Assembly (NCBI GenBank): GCA_951406725.2
Contig: OX597824.1
Location: 69,130,001 to 69,194,000 of the forward strand
DNA length: 64,000 bases
Origin: Octopus vulgaris
Taxonomy: Eukaryota
Direction: 5' to 3'
Notes under the pieces: model-generated
Databases searched by the model: none
What the model was told of the DNA's origin: nothing
What the model saw: only the letters and a program-made list of their open reading frames with translations
In this document: positions 41,709-56,046 of the stretch, one piece after another
How positions within the stretch are numbered: position 1 is the stretch's first letter
Layout: the number at the start of each line of letters is the position of its first letter
Translations under genes and position numbers: made by a program

Positions 41709-42034
41709 TTATGGTTGACTTTTGCTTTACATTTGTACAAGTTGGCTCCAAGTTTCACCCAGAGACCGCAAGAGACAACAAATTGGAAGTTCCTGTTGGT
41801 GTTATTCCTAGGGTGCCATATATTTGGTTTTGTACATAGTGTTGTTCTAGAGATTGTTTAAGAAACCATAAAAAAATTATGTTTGTTTTAAAACTTGAGA
41901 TTACATAGAAAGTATTTTGCGTAGGATATGAGCAGTTCCTATGAGCACTATCTTTTAAATTTCTACCATTTTGGGGTTTCCTGGTATCTGAGCTAGGTAG
42001 CAATCAGCCCCTTTTGCTATCATTCCCAGGGCAC
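41709..42034 (-). mobile_element. R4/Dong 3' fragment
   Basis: ALGMIAKGADCYLAQIPGNPKMVEI*KIVLIGTAHILRKILSM* (stop 41901-41903) plus a distinct ~190-bp 3'UTR; (TTA)n on both sides. Confidence 0.88.
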
Positions 42035-42255
42035 ATTATTATTATTATTATTATTATTAATGGCAGAGCCGTGAGCACGTTTGAGGAAATGCTTAGCGGA
42101 ATTTCACCCCGTCGCTACAATCAGAGTTCAAATTCCACCGAGGTCGACTTTTCCTTTTATCATTTTGGGGTCGATAAATTAAGTACCTATGCGATTCTGG
42201 TCCCCTTCCACAAAGCTTCGGGCCTTGTGCCTATAACAGAAAGGATTACTATTAC

Positions 42256-42354
<99 letters not shown>

Positions 42355-42439
42355 CATTATTGTTGTTGTTGTTGTTATTACTGATAGCATTTATGAGAGT
42401 AGTGGGTTACTACTTGTAACCTTAGTTCTCCACCATTAT

Positions 42440-42715
42440 TGTTAATGTTGTCTTCTAGCCATTTTGCTAAGAGGTGGATGAAAGTGGCGTGAATGGTATG
42501 CGTGAACGGGCCTTTCCTGAGCACACGCCTGTAGCTGGTAAAAAAGGAAAGCAAAAAAGGGCACTTGCCCCAAAATGTCAGAGTACCCATTGGTTTTATG
42601 GAGTTTTTCCGTGAGCAAGCGTCGACCGTCTCCTCCCTATTGAGGATCATACATTGTTGATTTCTTAAAATTTTGTAAGTCACGTTTACACGTAAAACCT
42701 TCTCAACAACACACA

Positions 42716-42752
<37 letters not shown>

Positions 42753-42820
42753 CCTTTGTTTTGTCCTGTGCTCTCCTTAATGTTTTCTTAGTGTAAACCC
42801 TTGTGGTCAATAAAGGAATG
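42440..42820 (+). mobile_element. 3' fragment of an L1/Tx1-clade LINE related to the 45490-51262 element
   Basis: LSSSHFAKRWMKVA resembles VLSSECFKK.WVNVA. Terminus CCCTTGTGGTCAATAAAGGAA resembles CCCTGTGTGGCTAATAAAGAAA. Confidence 0.7.
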
Positions 42821-42839
42821 TTCATCAACATCATCATCA

Positions 42840-43050
42840 TTTTCCTTCTTTCTTCAATTTTTTTTCCGTTTCTCGCCGAGTGTTTTCCGAACACCTAGGA
42901 CAGAGAAGCTCATTGTATGCTTTCTCAAATTACACACGCAAATTCAAAGGTAAAATATGTATTTAAAAAAAATTAATAAATTCATGAATGGATGTTGTTT
43001 TCACATCGATAATGCTCTTCTCAGTACCTGTGTCGTTCCAGTTAACACAC

Positions 43051-43054
<4 letters not shown>
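42840..43054 (-). mobile_element. R4/Dong 3' fragment
   Basis: KSVLTGTTQVLRRALSM* (stop 43001-43003) immediately next to (TTA)n at 43054-43125. Confidence 0.75.
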
Positions 43055-43125
<71 letters not shown>

Positions 43126-43126
<1 letters not shown>

Positions 43127-43300
43127 TTACTTTCTTTACACGGATTCTAACGCTGGAAATGTACTACGGTGTCAGCTGTTCATTACCAGTGAACTAAGGT
43201 AACACCCCTTATTTTTCGAGCACAATCCGGAGTATTCGAGCGGTTCCAAGCAGTACTGTTTTCTGTAAGTGCTCCACATTTATTGCAGCCCCTATTTGTT
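43126..43300 (-). mobile_element. R4/Dong 3' fragment
   Basis: QIGAAINVEHLQKTVLLGTARILRIVLEK* (stop 43209-43211). The 3'UTR (GCTGGA...GTGTCAGCTGT...CCAG..AACTAAGGT) is related to 6283-6370 and ends in (TTA)n. Confidence 0.85.
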
Positions 43301-43304
43301 ACAT

Positions 43305-43421
43305 GTGTGGCACCTTGGGCAAGTGTCTTCTACTATAGCCTCGGGCCGACCAATGCTTTGTGAGTGGATTTGGTAGACGGAAACTAAAGGAAGCCCGTCG
43401 TATATATGTATATATATATAC

Positions 43422-43472
<51 letters not shown>

Positions 43473-43697
43473 GGTGTGTGTGTGTGTATGTGTCTGTGTT
43501 TGTCCCCCCAACATCGCTTGACAACCGATGCTGGTGTGTTTACGTCCCCTTAACCTAGCGGTTGGATAAAAGGGACCGATACAATAAGTAATAGGCTTAC
43601 AAAGATTAAATCCTGGGGTCGATTTGCTCGGCTAAAGGCGGTGCTCCAGCATGGCCGCAGTCAAATGACTGAAACAAGTAAAAGAGTAAAAGAGAGT
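43305..43697 (+). mobile_element. SINE family A, 5'-truncated
   Basis: GTGGCACCTTGGGCAAGTGTCTTC...(TA)n(TG)n...GACTGAAACAAGTAAAAGAGTAAAAGAG. Confidence 0.9.
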
Positions 43698-43704
43698 AGA
43701 AAGG

Positions 43705-43754
<50 letters not shown>

Positions 43755-45493
43755 CATTATTATTATTAAGGCAGTGAGCTGGGAGAACCGTTCTCACGCT
43801 GGGCGAAATGCTTAGCGGCATTTCGTCCGTCCTTATGTTCTGAGTTGAAGTTCCGCCGAGGCCGACTTTGCTTTTCATCCTTTGAGGTCAATAAAATAAT
43901 TACCATTTGAGCAGTGAGGTTGATGTAATCGACAAGCCTCATCCTCCAATGTTCCAGGCCTTGTGCCTATAGAAGCAATAATTATTATGCAGTTGACGTC
44001 AAGCACTTGCACTTAATGGAGTTTTTGATGTTGTGGAAGTGCATTTTTGCATTTTAGGTGATTTAGTGCAATTGCTGAAGCAAAACTGGGATAGTAAGTC
44101 TCATCGGTATGCAGTTATTGTAGTGCAGTTGTAAATCGGTTATTATTATGCAGCTGGTGTCATGCATTTGCGGTAATGGATGTTTTGATGTGCGGTTTAT
44201 GAAATGGAACTGTAGTAGTGCAGCTTGTGCTTAGGTGTTTCGGTGCAAATTCTGCAGCGTATTTCCTGTGAAGCTGTCGGTGTTCGCTACAGTCCCTGCT
44301 GCAGTGCATTCGCTGCCGTGTATTCGCTGCTGCGTATTCGCTGCTGTGCATTCGCTGATGTATTTTTGCTGCTGTAGTAAACTTGCTGTGGTTCAGTTTT
44401 CTTTATCTTGTCGGTACTGTGTATTTAAGGTTGAGTGTACATATGTCATACCACAATTGTGTAGAGCAATTTTTGAGGCTCGACTTTTGAAATGTAACGT
44501 CTGTTATCCAAGTCTATATAATGCACAAGTTGATGTGTAATTATTGTTGTGCAGCCTATAAAATGCTCTAACTATATAACTGACTTTATAGCGCATTTGC
44601 TGTTATGCATTATATATAAACCATTTACTGTCGCACAGAAAGAAAGCAGGTATATCTAGTCTCATTTTGCAGTGTGAATATTTACTTTCTAAATAATCAT
44701 TGTTATTGCGATACAATACGTGGCATCATAAACCGTTATTATTAAACACTTTACACAGTGAAGAACTTATTACGCCACTGTGCCAGACACGATGTACTGA
44801 TTTCAAATCCAAACAAGCTTGATTTCTTACTTCAAACGTGATATCTCCTTCAGACTGTTACCATCGAGTATATCTCATTTCCTACACATTTCTGGATTTA
44901 TGCAAAACCTATAGTCGATCGAAGAAGTACAAGTCAAAATCCCACCCTTTCAAAATTGCTAGTTTCGTACCTAAATAAGAAACCGTTTGGTGCGTCAGAT
45001 AAGGCGGTTAGCAAACATTTTCTTCTGCGCTTTAAGTTGTGAGCTCACTTGTTTTCGAGGTCGACTTTACCTTTCATCCTTTTGGGGTCGATAAAATAAC
45101 TACCAGTTGACCACATGGTTTCGGGCAAACGACTTCTATTATAATTTGAGACCGACCAAAATCTTGCGAGTGGATTTGGTAGACGGAAACTGAAAGAAAC
45201 CCGAGTTAAATAGATGTGTATGTGCATGTGTGCGTGTACTTCTGTGTGTGTGTGTGAGAGGTGTGAGTATCTATCTCTGGACAGACAAACGCAAGTCAAA
45301 TAGGCTTCAAGTAAGTTGGTCATTTTGTACGTTCAAAAGTGTTTATTGTCAAATATCTTGTGTTTAAAAGTTGTGCAACAACATCCACTGCAAACCTTGA
45401 CTAATATCTACACAAAATTTCGCCCTTTGTGGGCAAAATTTTAAAATTTCTCGTAGGCCTCGTGTTGTATTTTAGCCATTTTTATTTTCAAAA

Positions 45494-47492
45494 ATGGCTA
45501 CTGGTCACCACGAAGGTGAGGCGCAACTGAAGCGTGACGCCAAAACAAAAAAACAGGATCCCCTGTCACCATGCGCTGAACTTGACTGTGTGAACACTAC
45601 TTACACCACCACCACCACCATCAGCATCGACAACAGCAACAACTACAAAACAAAGGTCGCACCGCCACCAATGATTCCATCATCAACACCGACACCACCA
45701 CCATGGCAGCTTCTGGTACTGCAACTGCTACCTCTGCTAACGACACCACTACCAACAACAATAACAATACCAAGATCACCATCACCGCCACCAAAGACCG
45801 TGCCGTCAACACCAATGCCGCCACTACAATATCTGCTACTACGACTGCCTCCCTTGCTACTAATACCACCGCCGCCACCAAGAACGACAATAACAACAAC
45901 AACGACAATTCCCTTCAGCCATTGTTCCCTCCATCACCAACAAGTGAAGGAGAGAAAGAAATAACCGCGACCATCAAACCAGTTGCCGAAATTTGCGCTA
46001 ACGCAGGGGACTTTGCCGTTTTCTTTGGTGATTAGGGCTCTGGAGTCTTTTATCTGCTGTGCAGTAAACGATACTATTGTTTTTTTTCTTTTACAATTAC
46101 ACATACCACAACACATACTGAATGAGGAAAAAAAGAAAACGATTATTTATAAAATAACAAACAACACAACTAAAAGTCCAGAAAAAAGCAAACACAGACA
46201 AAATAGAAAAATGCCTACGCCCCATCTGGAGATACAAGGAGTATGTGACTTGGTCGAACAAGTTTGCCCACGTACAGGTGGTTTTTCAGAATGAAGAGTT
46301 GGCAAAGCAATTCTGAACGCTAACTCTGCATTCAGATGAGCTAACAATGAAACCCAGTTACCTTGGCCAGAGGGTAACAAAGTTCATTATCAATAATATC
46401 CCGCAAATAACAAACACACTATGGATAACATCCGCCATATGCGTCGAAATGGAGGACATAAACATCCTGAAAATCACTGTTTCGAAACACAAGGACTGGG
46501 TGGGAAAGAGACTGGAGATTCTCCTCCACATAAGCCAAGACGACATTAACAAAATTCCCACCCACATACATCTTGCGGATAACCGCAAGTTGTATGTAGT
46601 AGTCGAGGGCAGAAGGCCACGCTGCTATACATGCAGCAGTGAAACACACCTCAAAAAGGAGTGCAAATTTGCCGCGAAACAACGACAACAACAACAGCCG
46701 CAGGAAAAACCACAAAAGCCAGCATTATTGCCCACACCACAATATGGACGGCTAATCAAGAAGCTATATGCAGAAATGCATGAAAAGCAACAAAGAACGG
46801 ACCAACCCAACCAAACAACACGACCACCTGCGCCAAGAACAGAATCATCACCACCAACAACAACTAAACCTATTCCAACACCGAGAACAACAACGAAGAA
46901 GACAAGCACCAGGATGTAGGAGAGACAATCACCAAACCAAACCCCCCAGTAACAACACCCCACACACACTACAACAATATCTACAACCGCACAAACAGAC
47001 CCAGATGCTTTGCCCTTACCCCCTTCTGATTCGTCAGACTTTTCATCTAACGATGAAAGTTCGACAGAATGGCAAATAGCCACCGGGGGTAAAAAAAAAG
47101 ATTAAAAAAAAAACAAACAAGAAAACGCAACCAAAACAGGGAGTTACCTGAACCCTGAAAGCTCCATACACAACCAAACAAGCACCAACACCACAAAAAC
47201 ACACATAATGCTATCAGAGATAGACACCAAAGACTCCAAACTAATGGAGTACATCACAGCCCACACAAACATCTGTGAAGATGACTTCAAAACTAACAAC
47301 CATCCACGCACTACACCACCCAAACACATCAAAATACTACACATCACACAAACACAACACCACACACTCAAAGCCCTCTTTCCAAATGCGGTTGGGGGGT
47401 TCCAAAAATATCTTTCGAAAAAACTCTATAAAAACCTCATCCAAGACACATCAAAGGACGAGGAAGCCAAAACTTTCGACACAAGTAAGTAA
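45494..47492 (+). pseudogene. LINE ORF1 (Gag-like, CCHC zinc knuckle), frameshifted
   Basis: VVVEGRRPRCYTCSSETHLKKEC (CX2CX4HX4C); low-complexity T/P-rich flanks; split over ORFs 45494, 45703, 45983, 46347 and 47208. Confidence 0.75.
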
Positions 47493-47542
47493 CTCTCTGT
47501 ACCTTCCTCTTTGTGTTTTAAAGCACACACCCCAATAGAATC

Positions 47543-50500
47543 ATGGTCAAGATTGGTTGTGTGAATGCGCGTGGCTTGGGGTCTCCTTGGAAACAAGGAT
47601 ACCTCCTAAATGACATCAAGTCCCACGATTTGGGAATCTTAGCCACGGGCCCTAAAGTCCATGCTTGGCGGACAGTTTAACATTTATTTTGCTCCCTGTC
47701 TGCCGAGGATGGGCGGTAGTGGCACCGCGGTACTTTTTCACAGGAGCCTGGATTTCGAAGTCAAGACGATATTCGTAGACCCGGAGGGTAGACTGGTCGT
47801 TCTGGATGTCGACGGCAGCAATGGGTGCGCTTTTCGACTCGTATCAGTCTACGCACCGCCTTTAACAGGTCGGTCGGATTTCTTTCGACGTCTAGAAGTA
47901 TTCCTGGGAACGTCTCGTCCTTTACTTTTAGTGGGGGATTGGAATGCTACCTTGGACACGCATCTAGACTATGTGGGGAGAGACAAAAACAGAAGGGGAT
48001 GCAAATGCCTCAGAGACCTGCTCAGACTATTCCAACTGTCTGACAGGTACCGACTCGACCACCGTAATGCACCAACGTAGACATGGAACAACCGTAGTGG
48101 GTCGTCGAGATCGTATCTAGATAGGATACTGTGTAGGACAGTAGACAGGGATAACTTAGGATGTCCACAATTCCACACAGTCAGCTACACGGATCACAAA
48201 TTCGTGACGTGTACGCTAGATTTAGATAAGGCACATAGACAGGGTCCCGGTTACTGGAAACTGAATGCATCTTTCCCGTCCAGACAGGTTTTCAGGGACA
48301 TAATCAACACGTTAGTAAAAAGGGCTTTAACGGGAGTCATTGTCAACAACAAATGGTGGTTCGCCCTCAAGAGAGCAGTAAAAGCGGAAGCAATTAGATA
48401 TAGCAAGGCACTAGCCGTTGATAGAAATAGAGTAGAGGGAGAGTTAGTTAAGAAGTTAGAAGAGGCAATAAGAAGCGGCATCACATCCGACGTTTTAGCG
48501 GCGAGGTTGGCCCTTGACCAACACTTCAACGCCAAACACGAAGGGTGTGCTGTCAGGGCTAGGATGCGTGCTCTAAGGATGGAAGGTGTTGGAGCCGAGA
48601 GGGAGGCCCGGGTGGCGGAGGCGCAGCAGGGCAACAAAGCCACCATTCGGCTTCTGGTAGATGGACAAGGGCGCGAATTGCTCGAGCCCAGCATGATGTG
48701 CGAGACATTTCAGCGGCACTTTGCCCGACTGTACGGGATGAGTGGCGAGCGTGAACGCAGGGTGGACTTCAGTGCCTAAATGAACAGCCTACCACAACTC
48801 TCGGCAAGAAAGGCAGAGTGCTGCGAAGGTGCCATCACGGCGGCGGATGTGCGGGACGCGATGGCAGAATGCTCGAGAGACAAATCGCCGGGTTTGGATG
48901 GTCTACCCTCCGAGTTTTACAATTGTATGCCAGACTTGATTGGAGACGTCTTGGCAGCGATATACTGCAACTGGCAGCAAAACGGAAGCATACCCGGTTT
49001 TGTGAGTCGAGGAGCCGTAACGCTGCTGAAGAAAGATCCAAACAAGGGGAACATTATAGATAACTTTAGACCAATCACTGCTCAATGCAGACCTGAAAAT
49101 TTTGACCAAGGTGTTAGCCAAGAGGTTGGCGCTTGTCATCGAGAAACTGGTCGACAACGCACAAGCGTGCGCCGTGCCGGGCCGGAGCATCCATGACAAC
49201 CTCCATCTGATGCGCTACATCATAGACAGAGTAGTTAAGGAACCTGTCATGGGTGGGGCCCTGATCAACTTGGATCAATCGAAAGCCTTCGATAGGGTAG
49301 ACCATCGATACTTGGAGGCAGTCCTGAGAGCGGCTGGTTTCGGTCCCGTCTTCCGCGGCTGGATAGCTGCCTTGTACAGAGGCATCCGTTCAGTAATTCG
49401 CGTAAATGAACATCTATCGAGACCTTTCGACATTGCATGTTCGGTCTATCAGGGATGCCCCCTCTCAGCGCTTCTATACGTATTGACTCTCGAGCCACTA
49501 TTGCGGAAGCTGGCGATTCTGAGGGGCATCCCGCGAGAATTGGGATGCGGGATGAGCGTGTCTGTATACGTGGACGACGTCACCGTCATAGTGTCAAACC
49601 ACGAGCACATCGAGCTGGTCGGCGAGACACTGAAAGACTACGAAGCGGTGACAGGAGCAAAAATCAAGCGGGAAAAGTCAGTGGGCTTGCGGCTCGGCAC
49701 CTGGAGAAGCAAGCCCATGCCGTCCACCAGTGGGACGCTGGACGGACGGCCCGGTTGAGTTGCTCGGGGTCTGGTTCGGTCCGGACCTCCAAATGGAGAA
49801 GAACTGGAACGAGATAATGAGTAGGGTGGTCACTCTCGCCCGACAATGGGCCGAGAGGAAACTGTCCCTAAAAGATCGGGCGGAGGTGGCGAACACGTGC
49901 ATCGCATCCATCATCTACTACCGCCTGACCGTCGTACCTTGTCCCGACCCTACCATCACCAAACTAGAACGCATTCTCTTCCACTTCTTGTGGAAAGGAT
50001 GCGTCCCGATGGTCAGGCGATCCATTTGCTGTCAACACCCGTTAAAAGGGGGGCTGGGCATGCCGTGGTTGATGATGCGCAGACACGCGCTGAGACTGCG
50101 ACATCTCCGGCTCTATGTAGACGACGGTGAACAGGTGTGGTCGCCGTTTGTGAGGCACGCTTTCCCGCAGCTCGTCTCCATGACCGAACTTCAGTCGTGG
50201 ATCAAAAAGAGGCCGAGGAAGGGCGAATGGCACCGCGAGTGTCGCGTTGCTCTCAAGCAACTCTGCCGTCCCGGGTCGACCTTGAGTGACTTCAACACAA
50301 CCAAAGCATTCTGTAGGGGATTAGTGGAGGGGAGGTACGACGACGATCTTGGGGCAAACCTGGGCGTCGACGAGGAATACCTGACCCGCCTGTTTGAAAA
50401 GACTTTCGGCCCGGGACCTATGGACAACTTCCAGAGATCCCTGGCCTGGCAGTGTTACCGAGAAGCGCTACCCGTTCGGGATAAGCTCTATAGGCATGGC

Positions 50501-50940
50501 TCGAGAAACACGGGGCCGACCTGCCCAAGATGGGGGCAGAGCGACGAAACCGTTCTGCACGCAATCGTGCAGTGTCCAACAGTCTCAGACCTGTGGGCTT
50601 ATGTCGAACGACTGCTGTCACATGTGGGACGTGTCGGTTTATCAGCCGAGTCTATCGTTAATATCGTCACGCCTCCTTCCTTCAAACGGGAAGGAAGAGC
50701 TATTTTTATCATACTTGTGGCTATGGCGAAAGAATGTATCTGGTGGACGCGCCTGAAAGGATTAGAGACAAACACTTTCCTCTCTGGTCAATCTCTCATC
50801 AACTTCTTCAAGTATCACTTGAAGAGGAAAGTGAGAGTAGAGAGGCAAGTGTTGTCTAGTGAATGTTTTAAAAAAGCTGGGTGAATGTAGCAAGGATGGC
50901 ACGTATGAATGACGAAGCCACCTTGACTATGATCCTATGA
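47543..50940 (+). pseudogene. LINE ORF2: APE endonuclease + RT + C-terminal Zn finger, with stops and frameshifts
   Basis: MVKIGCVNARGL; VYAP; VGDWN; SYLDR; TDH; GPGYWKLN; KSPGLDGLP; NFRPIT; LDQSKAFDRVDH; QGCPLS; YVDD; GGLG; CPR...DETVLHAIVQC. Stops at 48078 and 48777; frameshifts at ~49080, ~49735 and ~50875. Confidence 0.95.
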
Positions 50941-51345
50941 ACCGTAAAAATTAATACAGAGAGTTGCTTATTTGTAAAAAAATATAACATTGACCGAGGT
51001 TACCGTGGCCTTTTCCGTAGGCTATTCTTTCCACGAGTAAACCTCACCTGTCCTCCCCTTTACACTTTATATTGACATTTCTGTGATAACGATCCCTATT
51101 GATCAATTCCCCCCCCCCCTTTTTTTGTCCTCTTCCTCTCCTTTTATCCTTTTACGATCCCTTTTGATCGAAAACCAAACCCCCTTTTTTACCCCCAAAA
51201 GAAAAGCTCTACCTTGTAATTTGTCCTGTCTGTGTGCAGCCCTGTGTGGCTAATAAAGAAACATATATATGAACATGTATGTGCATACAAACGCACATGT
51301 ATACACATGCAAGCACACATGTAATGAGAGACAGACAGGCAGGCT

Positions 51346-51431
<86 letters not shown>

Positions 51432-51689
51432 GTGAGTTAGCGACAGAGTCAGAGAAGGAGAGAGAGGGAGAGGGAGAGGAATAGTGACAGAAACTGACGG
51501 AAACGGAGAAGGAGGAAACGAGAGAAATGTAGAAACTGGCTTATGGCCTGTTGAAGTGTAGGTGAACGGAAGAGAGTTGAAGAAGTAGAGGGGGTGGCGT
51601 GAGAGATACAGAACAGCGACACCGAAGGCATTTTCCTTCTCCTCCTTCTCCTCGGCCTCCTCCTCCTCCCCGTCCTCTTTCTCCTCCTC

Positions 51690-51725
51690 CTCTTACTACT
51701 ACTGCTGCTGCTTCTGCCGCTATTG

Positions 51726-51771
<46 letters not shown>

Positions 51772-51801
51772 CACTACTGCTACTGCTACTGCTGCTGCTG
51801 G

Positions 51802-51878
<77 letters not shown>

Positions 51879-51879
51879 G

Positions 51880-51937
<58 letters not shown>

Positions 51938-52344
51938 GTTACTGCTGCTGCTGCTAGTACTACTACTACTACTGCCACCACCACGGCCACCACTACTACT
52001 GCTACATAAACAACAGCAACAACAACAACATCCTCAACAACTGTTACTTCTACTCCTGCTGCCGCTGCCGCTGCTGCTATTACTCCTGGTGTTACTACTG
52101 CTGTCGTTGCTGCTGCTGCTGCTGCTGTTGCAGCTAACTGTATTACATCTCCCCCTCCTCCCCCAATCCCTATTACTATCCACCCCACTCCCACCCCGCC
52201 ATCTACTTTTTTTTCCTGTTCCTCTCCCACCATTGTAATGTCTGATGTTCCTGCTACTGCACCTCTCTCTTCTTCATCGTACTTCATCGAGGTTTGAACA
52301 TTGTCGTCATCGTGTGGTGCTGATGACAACGACGAAATTGAAGA

Positions 52345-52422
<78 letters not shown>

Positions 52423-52426
52423 CGAT

Positions 52427-52458
<32 letters not shown>

Positions 52459-53756
52459 CGGCGACGACGACGATGGCAGTGACGATGATGATGATGATGA
52501 CGCGAATGAGGAGGTGGTGATGATGATGACGACGACGACGACGACGACGATGATGCTGATGATGATGATGATGATGATGATGATGGTGCTAGTGATGCTG
52601 AATGGGTTAGTGGTGGTGGTGGTGGTGGTGGTGTTGGTGGTGGTGGTGGTGTTGGTGGTGGTGGTGGTGGTGGTGGTGGTGGTGGTGCTAATGCTGTTTG
52701 CCTTCAGCTCCGTGGCAGCAGCAGCAGTAGCAGTAGTAGTAGTAGTAGAAGTAGTAGTAGTGTTGGTGGTGGTGGTGGTAGTGGTGATGGTGTTGGAGGT
52801 GGTATTATTATTATCAATATTATTATGATTATTATTAGTAGTGGTAGTAGCAGCAGCAGTAGTAGTAGCCGTGGTGTTACTGTTACTAGTGTTAGTACCG
52901 TATAGGTTGCAGTGGTGGTAGTGTTGCAACTGTGTTGGTTGTAGTGTTGATCCATTCTTCATTTTTACCTATTGGGAACTAGCAGTGTTGGTTTAGTATT
53001 TGTGTGGTATAGGTGGTAGTATCGGTCGTGTTGTCGTTATGTTGGTGTGTGGTGGTTATTAGTAGTACTATTAGTATATACCCATGGTGGTGTGGGTGCT
53101 AGTACTGCTGTAGTGTATATGGGAAGGTAGTAGTTTTAACGTAGTGCTGTTGATATTGATAGTTGTCGTGCCAGAATTGGTAATGTCAGAGTGATAGTAT
53201 TAGTAGTTAGGCAAGCACATAGCGATTGTAGTTTTGGTGCTAGTATACGTATGATGTTGATGATAAGATAGTAGTATTGACGTAGTGTTAATGATAATAG
53301 CTGAAGCGTTCTTGGTCATGTTAGTGATGGCAATGTTGAATATCTGTGGTATAGGAGGTAGTATTAGTACAGTGATATTAGTAGTATGATTGCGTGTAGA
53401 TATAGTAGTATTGGTATTAGTATAGGTGTTGTGTTGGTAGTAGTGTTGGCTCAGTGGTGATGTTAGTGGTGTAGTATTGGCGTGGTGTTTCTGGCTGTGT
53501 TGATCGTGTTGTTATGATGTTGGTAACACTGGCTGTATTGGGTGGTTGTATTGGTGGTAGTTTTGATGTAGAGCGATAGTACTATCGGTGCTAGTATCAT
53601 TGTGCTATAGACCGCATGTGTGTAGTTGTAGTAGCTATAATGTATCTTGTATGGCTATATTGTTGGTATCTGTGGTACAAAGTAGGATTGGTCGGAAGCG
53701 TATTGGTGATAGTGCGAGTGTAATATTGTTAGTTAGTTAGTTAGGTAGGTAGGTAG

Positions 53757-53839
<83 letters not shown>

Positions 53840-53845
53840 TGCTGT
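51690..53845. repeat. Compound trinucleotide low-complexity tract (CTA/CTG, GAT/GAC, GGT, GTA)
   Basis: Directly visible successive arrays with decayed G/T-rich derivatives. Confidence 0.9.
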
Positions 53846-54209
53846 TGTTGCCGATGCCGGTTTTTGGTGATATTAGTGTCAAAGGCAGCAAGTTGGCAGA
53901 AACGTGAGCACGCCGGGCGAAATGCTTAGTGGTATTTCGCCTGCCGTTACGTTCTGATTTCAAATGTTGCCTTTCATCCTTTGGGGTCGATTGAATAAGT
54001 ACCAGTTACGAACTGGGGTCCATATAAACGACCTAATCCGTTTGTCTGTACTTGTTTGTCCTCTCTGTGTTTAGCCCCTTCGAGTCACAACACAGAGAAG
54101 ATTCTTCTGCAACTAAAAAGCTTAATTTCCGACTATGTGGCACTTCTACTATAATTCCGGGTCGACTAAAGACTTGTGAGTTCATTTGTTCGACGGAAAC
54201 TAAAAGAAG

Positions 54210-54276
<67 letters not shown>

Positions 54277-54459
54277 GTGTGTGTATTTATGCATATATGT
54301 ATTTGTCCCCCACCATCGTTTGATGACAGGTGCTGGTTTGTTTAAATCTCTTTACCGTAGCAGTTCGGCGAAAGAGAATGATAAAATTAGTTCCAGGTTT
54401 AAGATGATGGGTACCGGTGTCAATTTGTTCGGTTAAACCCGAAGTAAAAAAATCAAAGA

Positions 54460-55060
54460 TAGTTGTTCGGCAGTGTTTTGGAAAATGATGGAACTATATG
54501 AGTGTGATGTTATTTCTATATGAAACTTCTAAGCTTTATGGAAACGTGAGACTGTGGTGGAGATATACGTTGCAATGAGTGGGTGAGTTAACAAATCATT
54601 GTGGTACGACATTTAAGAAATTGCAGGTTCTGCTGATGCTGCCTTCGTGCACTATACAGGCTTGGTGACCTGAAAGCTGGTTTACTACCGGTATTTAGTG
54701 TCGTTCTTTAAGGGTAGTGCAGATTATTTTTGTATAAATGGATGTCGAAGTATGTAGGAGAAAACGTCATAGATGCCGAGAGAAATTAGAATGGTACATG
54801 TGGAAGGTGTTTTGTTGTTTAAGACCACATATATTTTCTGTGTAAAGTCTAAGAGTAATGTGTTGATTGCGTGAAGAGATATGAATTATTGTTATTTAGT
54901 GAGACACATGAATGGGCGCTTGAAGTTAAAGATGATATTTTCTTCAATTTTTGATATCTGTTATATTTAAGGTTGGCTTACTGGTTGTGATAATAGTCAG
55001 TACTGATAAGAAGCTATTGTGGCCGACGAAGTGGACAGAATGGTGACATGCAGGTGTTAG
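54460..55060 (-). pseudogene. Very decayed LINE (I/Jockey-group-like) RT fragment
   Basis: Minus-strand remnants: TILISLGIYDVFS (D..KAFD position), NVVPQ*FVNSPTHCNVYL (resembles GVPQGSVLSP.LFNVY), VSYRNNITL (resembles SYADDITL). Confidence 0.5.
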
Positions 55061-55383
55061 AATTCATATGGTACGATGGTAATGACGATGAGTGTAGCTT
55101 TGTCTCTGGAAATGGAGCTGTGTTCTTGAGCGAAGCACTTCATTTCACGTTGCTCTACGATCATTACGACATCTGACATATGGGACCCGTTGCACCTGTA
55201 CAGGTAATGTCGATCTGATGGAGGGAGTGTCCTTATATGTACACAAAGATTTGATCACTATAAACAAGTCATCTGTGTGGTTGTTCGGCAAGAAATTGTC
55301 AAACACTTGTACATCCTCTAGCAATAGGGGAGTCCATCATATAAATATATATATGTATATAATATATATATGTATATAATATA

Positions 55384-55449
<66 letters not shown>

Positions 55450-56046
55450 TGTATGTATGTATGTATGTATGTATGTATGACTCTCCCGTCATTAGACGGC
55501 GTATTAGCGTCCGACAATATATATGTATATACATACACGTATATGTATGTTTATATGTATGTATGTATGTCTCTCTCTCTCTCTCTCTCTCTCTGAAGCA
55601 ACAAGAATGGATATATATATATATATATATATATAGTAGGCTATACGTATATATGTATATGTGTATATATATACATATATATATATATATTGCTTTACAT
55701 ATATATATATATATATACATATACATATGTATGCGTGTGTGTGTGTGTGTGCGCGCGCGTGTTTTTGTGTGTGCGTGTTTTTGTGTGTGCGTGTGTGCGT
55801 GCATGCATGTATGGATGTATGTGTTTATGTATAGGGCTAAGTGCACGCTGGTAGTGACTGTGGCAGTGGTGTTGTTTGGTGTCCATGGACCGCTTGGTGA
55901 TGGAGAAAGTGGTGGTAGGCATGGTCTTATTAACAGTCATAGATGTCTTAGTCTTGGCAGTTGAGAGAAAAATAGTAAAAAAAGTGTTGTATACTCATAA
56001 AAAATGTGTTAAAGTACATGCAAGTATACTTACATATACACACATA

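Larger units (their letters stand above)
45490..51262 (+). mobile_element. Near full-length L1/Tx1-clade LINE, disrupted
   Basis: ORF1, ORF2 and a pyrimidine-rich 3'UTR ending with AATAAA at ~51252. The 5' boundary is uncertain (5'UTR may start ~45300). Confidence 0.92.

Noticed and set aside
51541-52962. 473-aa ORF with poly-T/S/V/A tracts and the opposite-strand poly-D ORF
   Set aside because: Compound trinucleotide arrays are open in several frames on both strands; no recognisable domain or exon structure.
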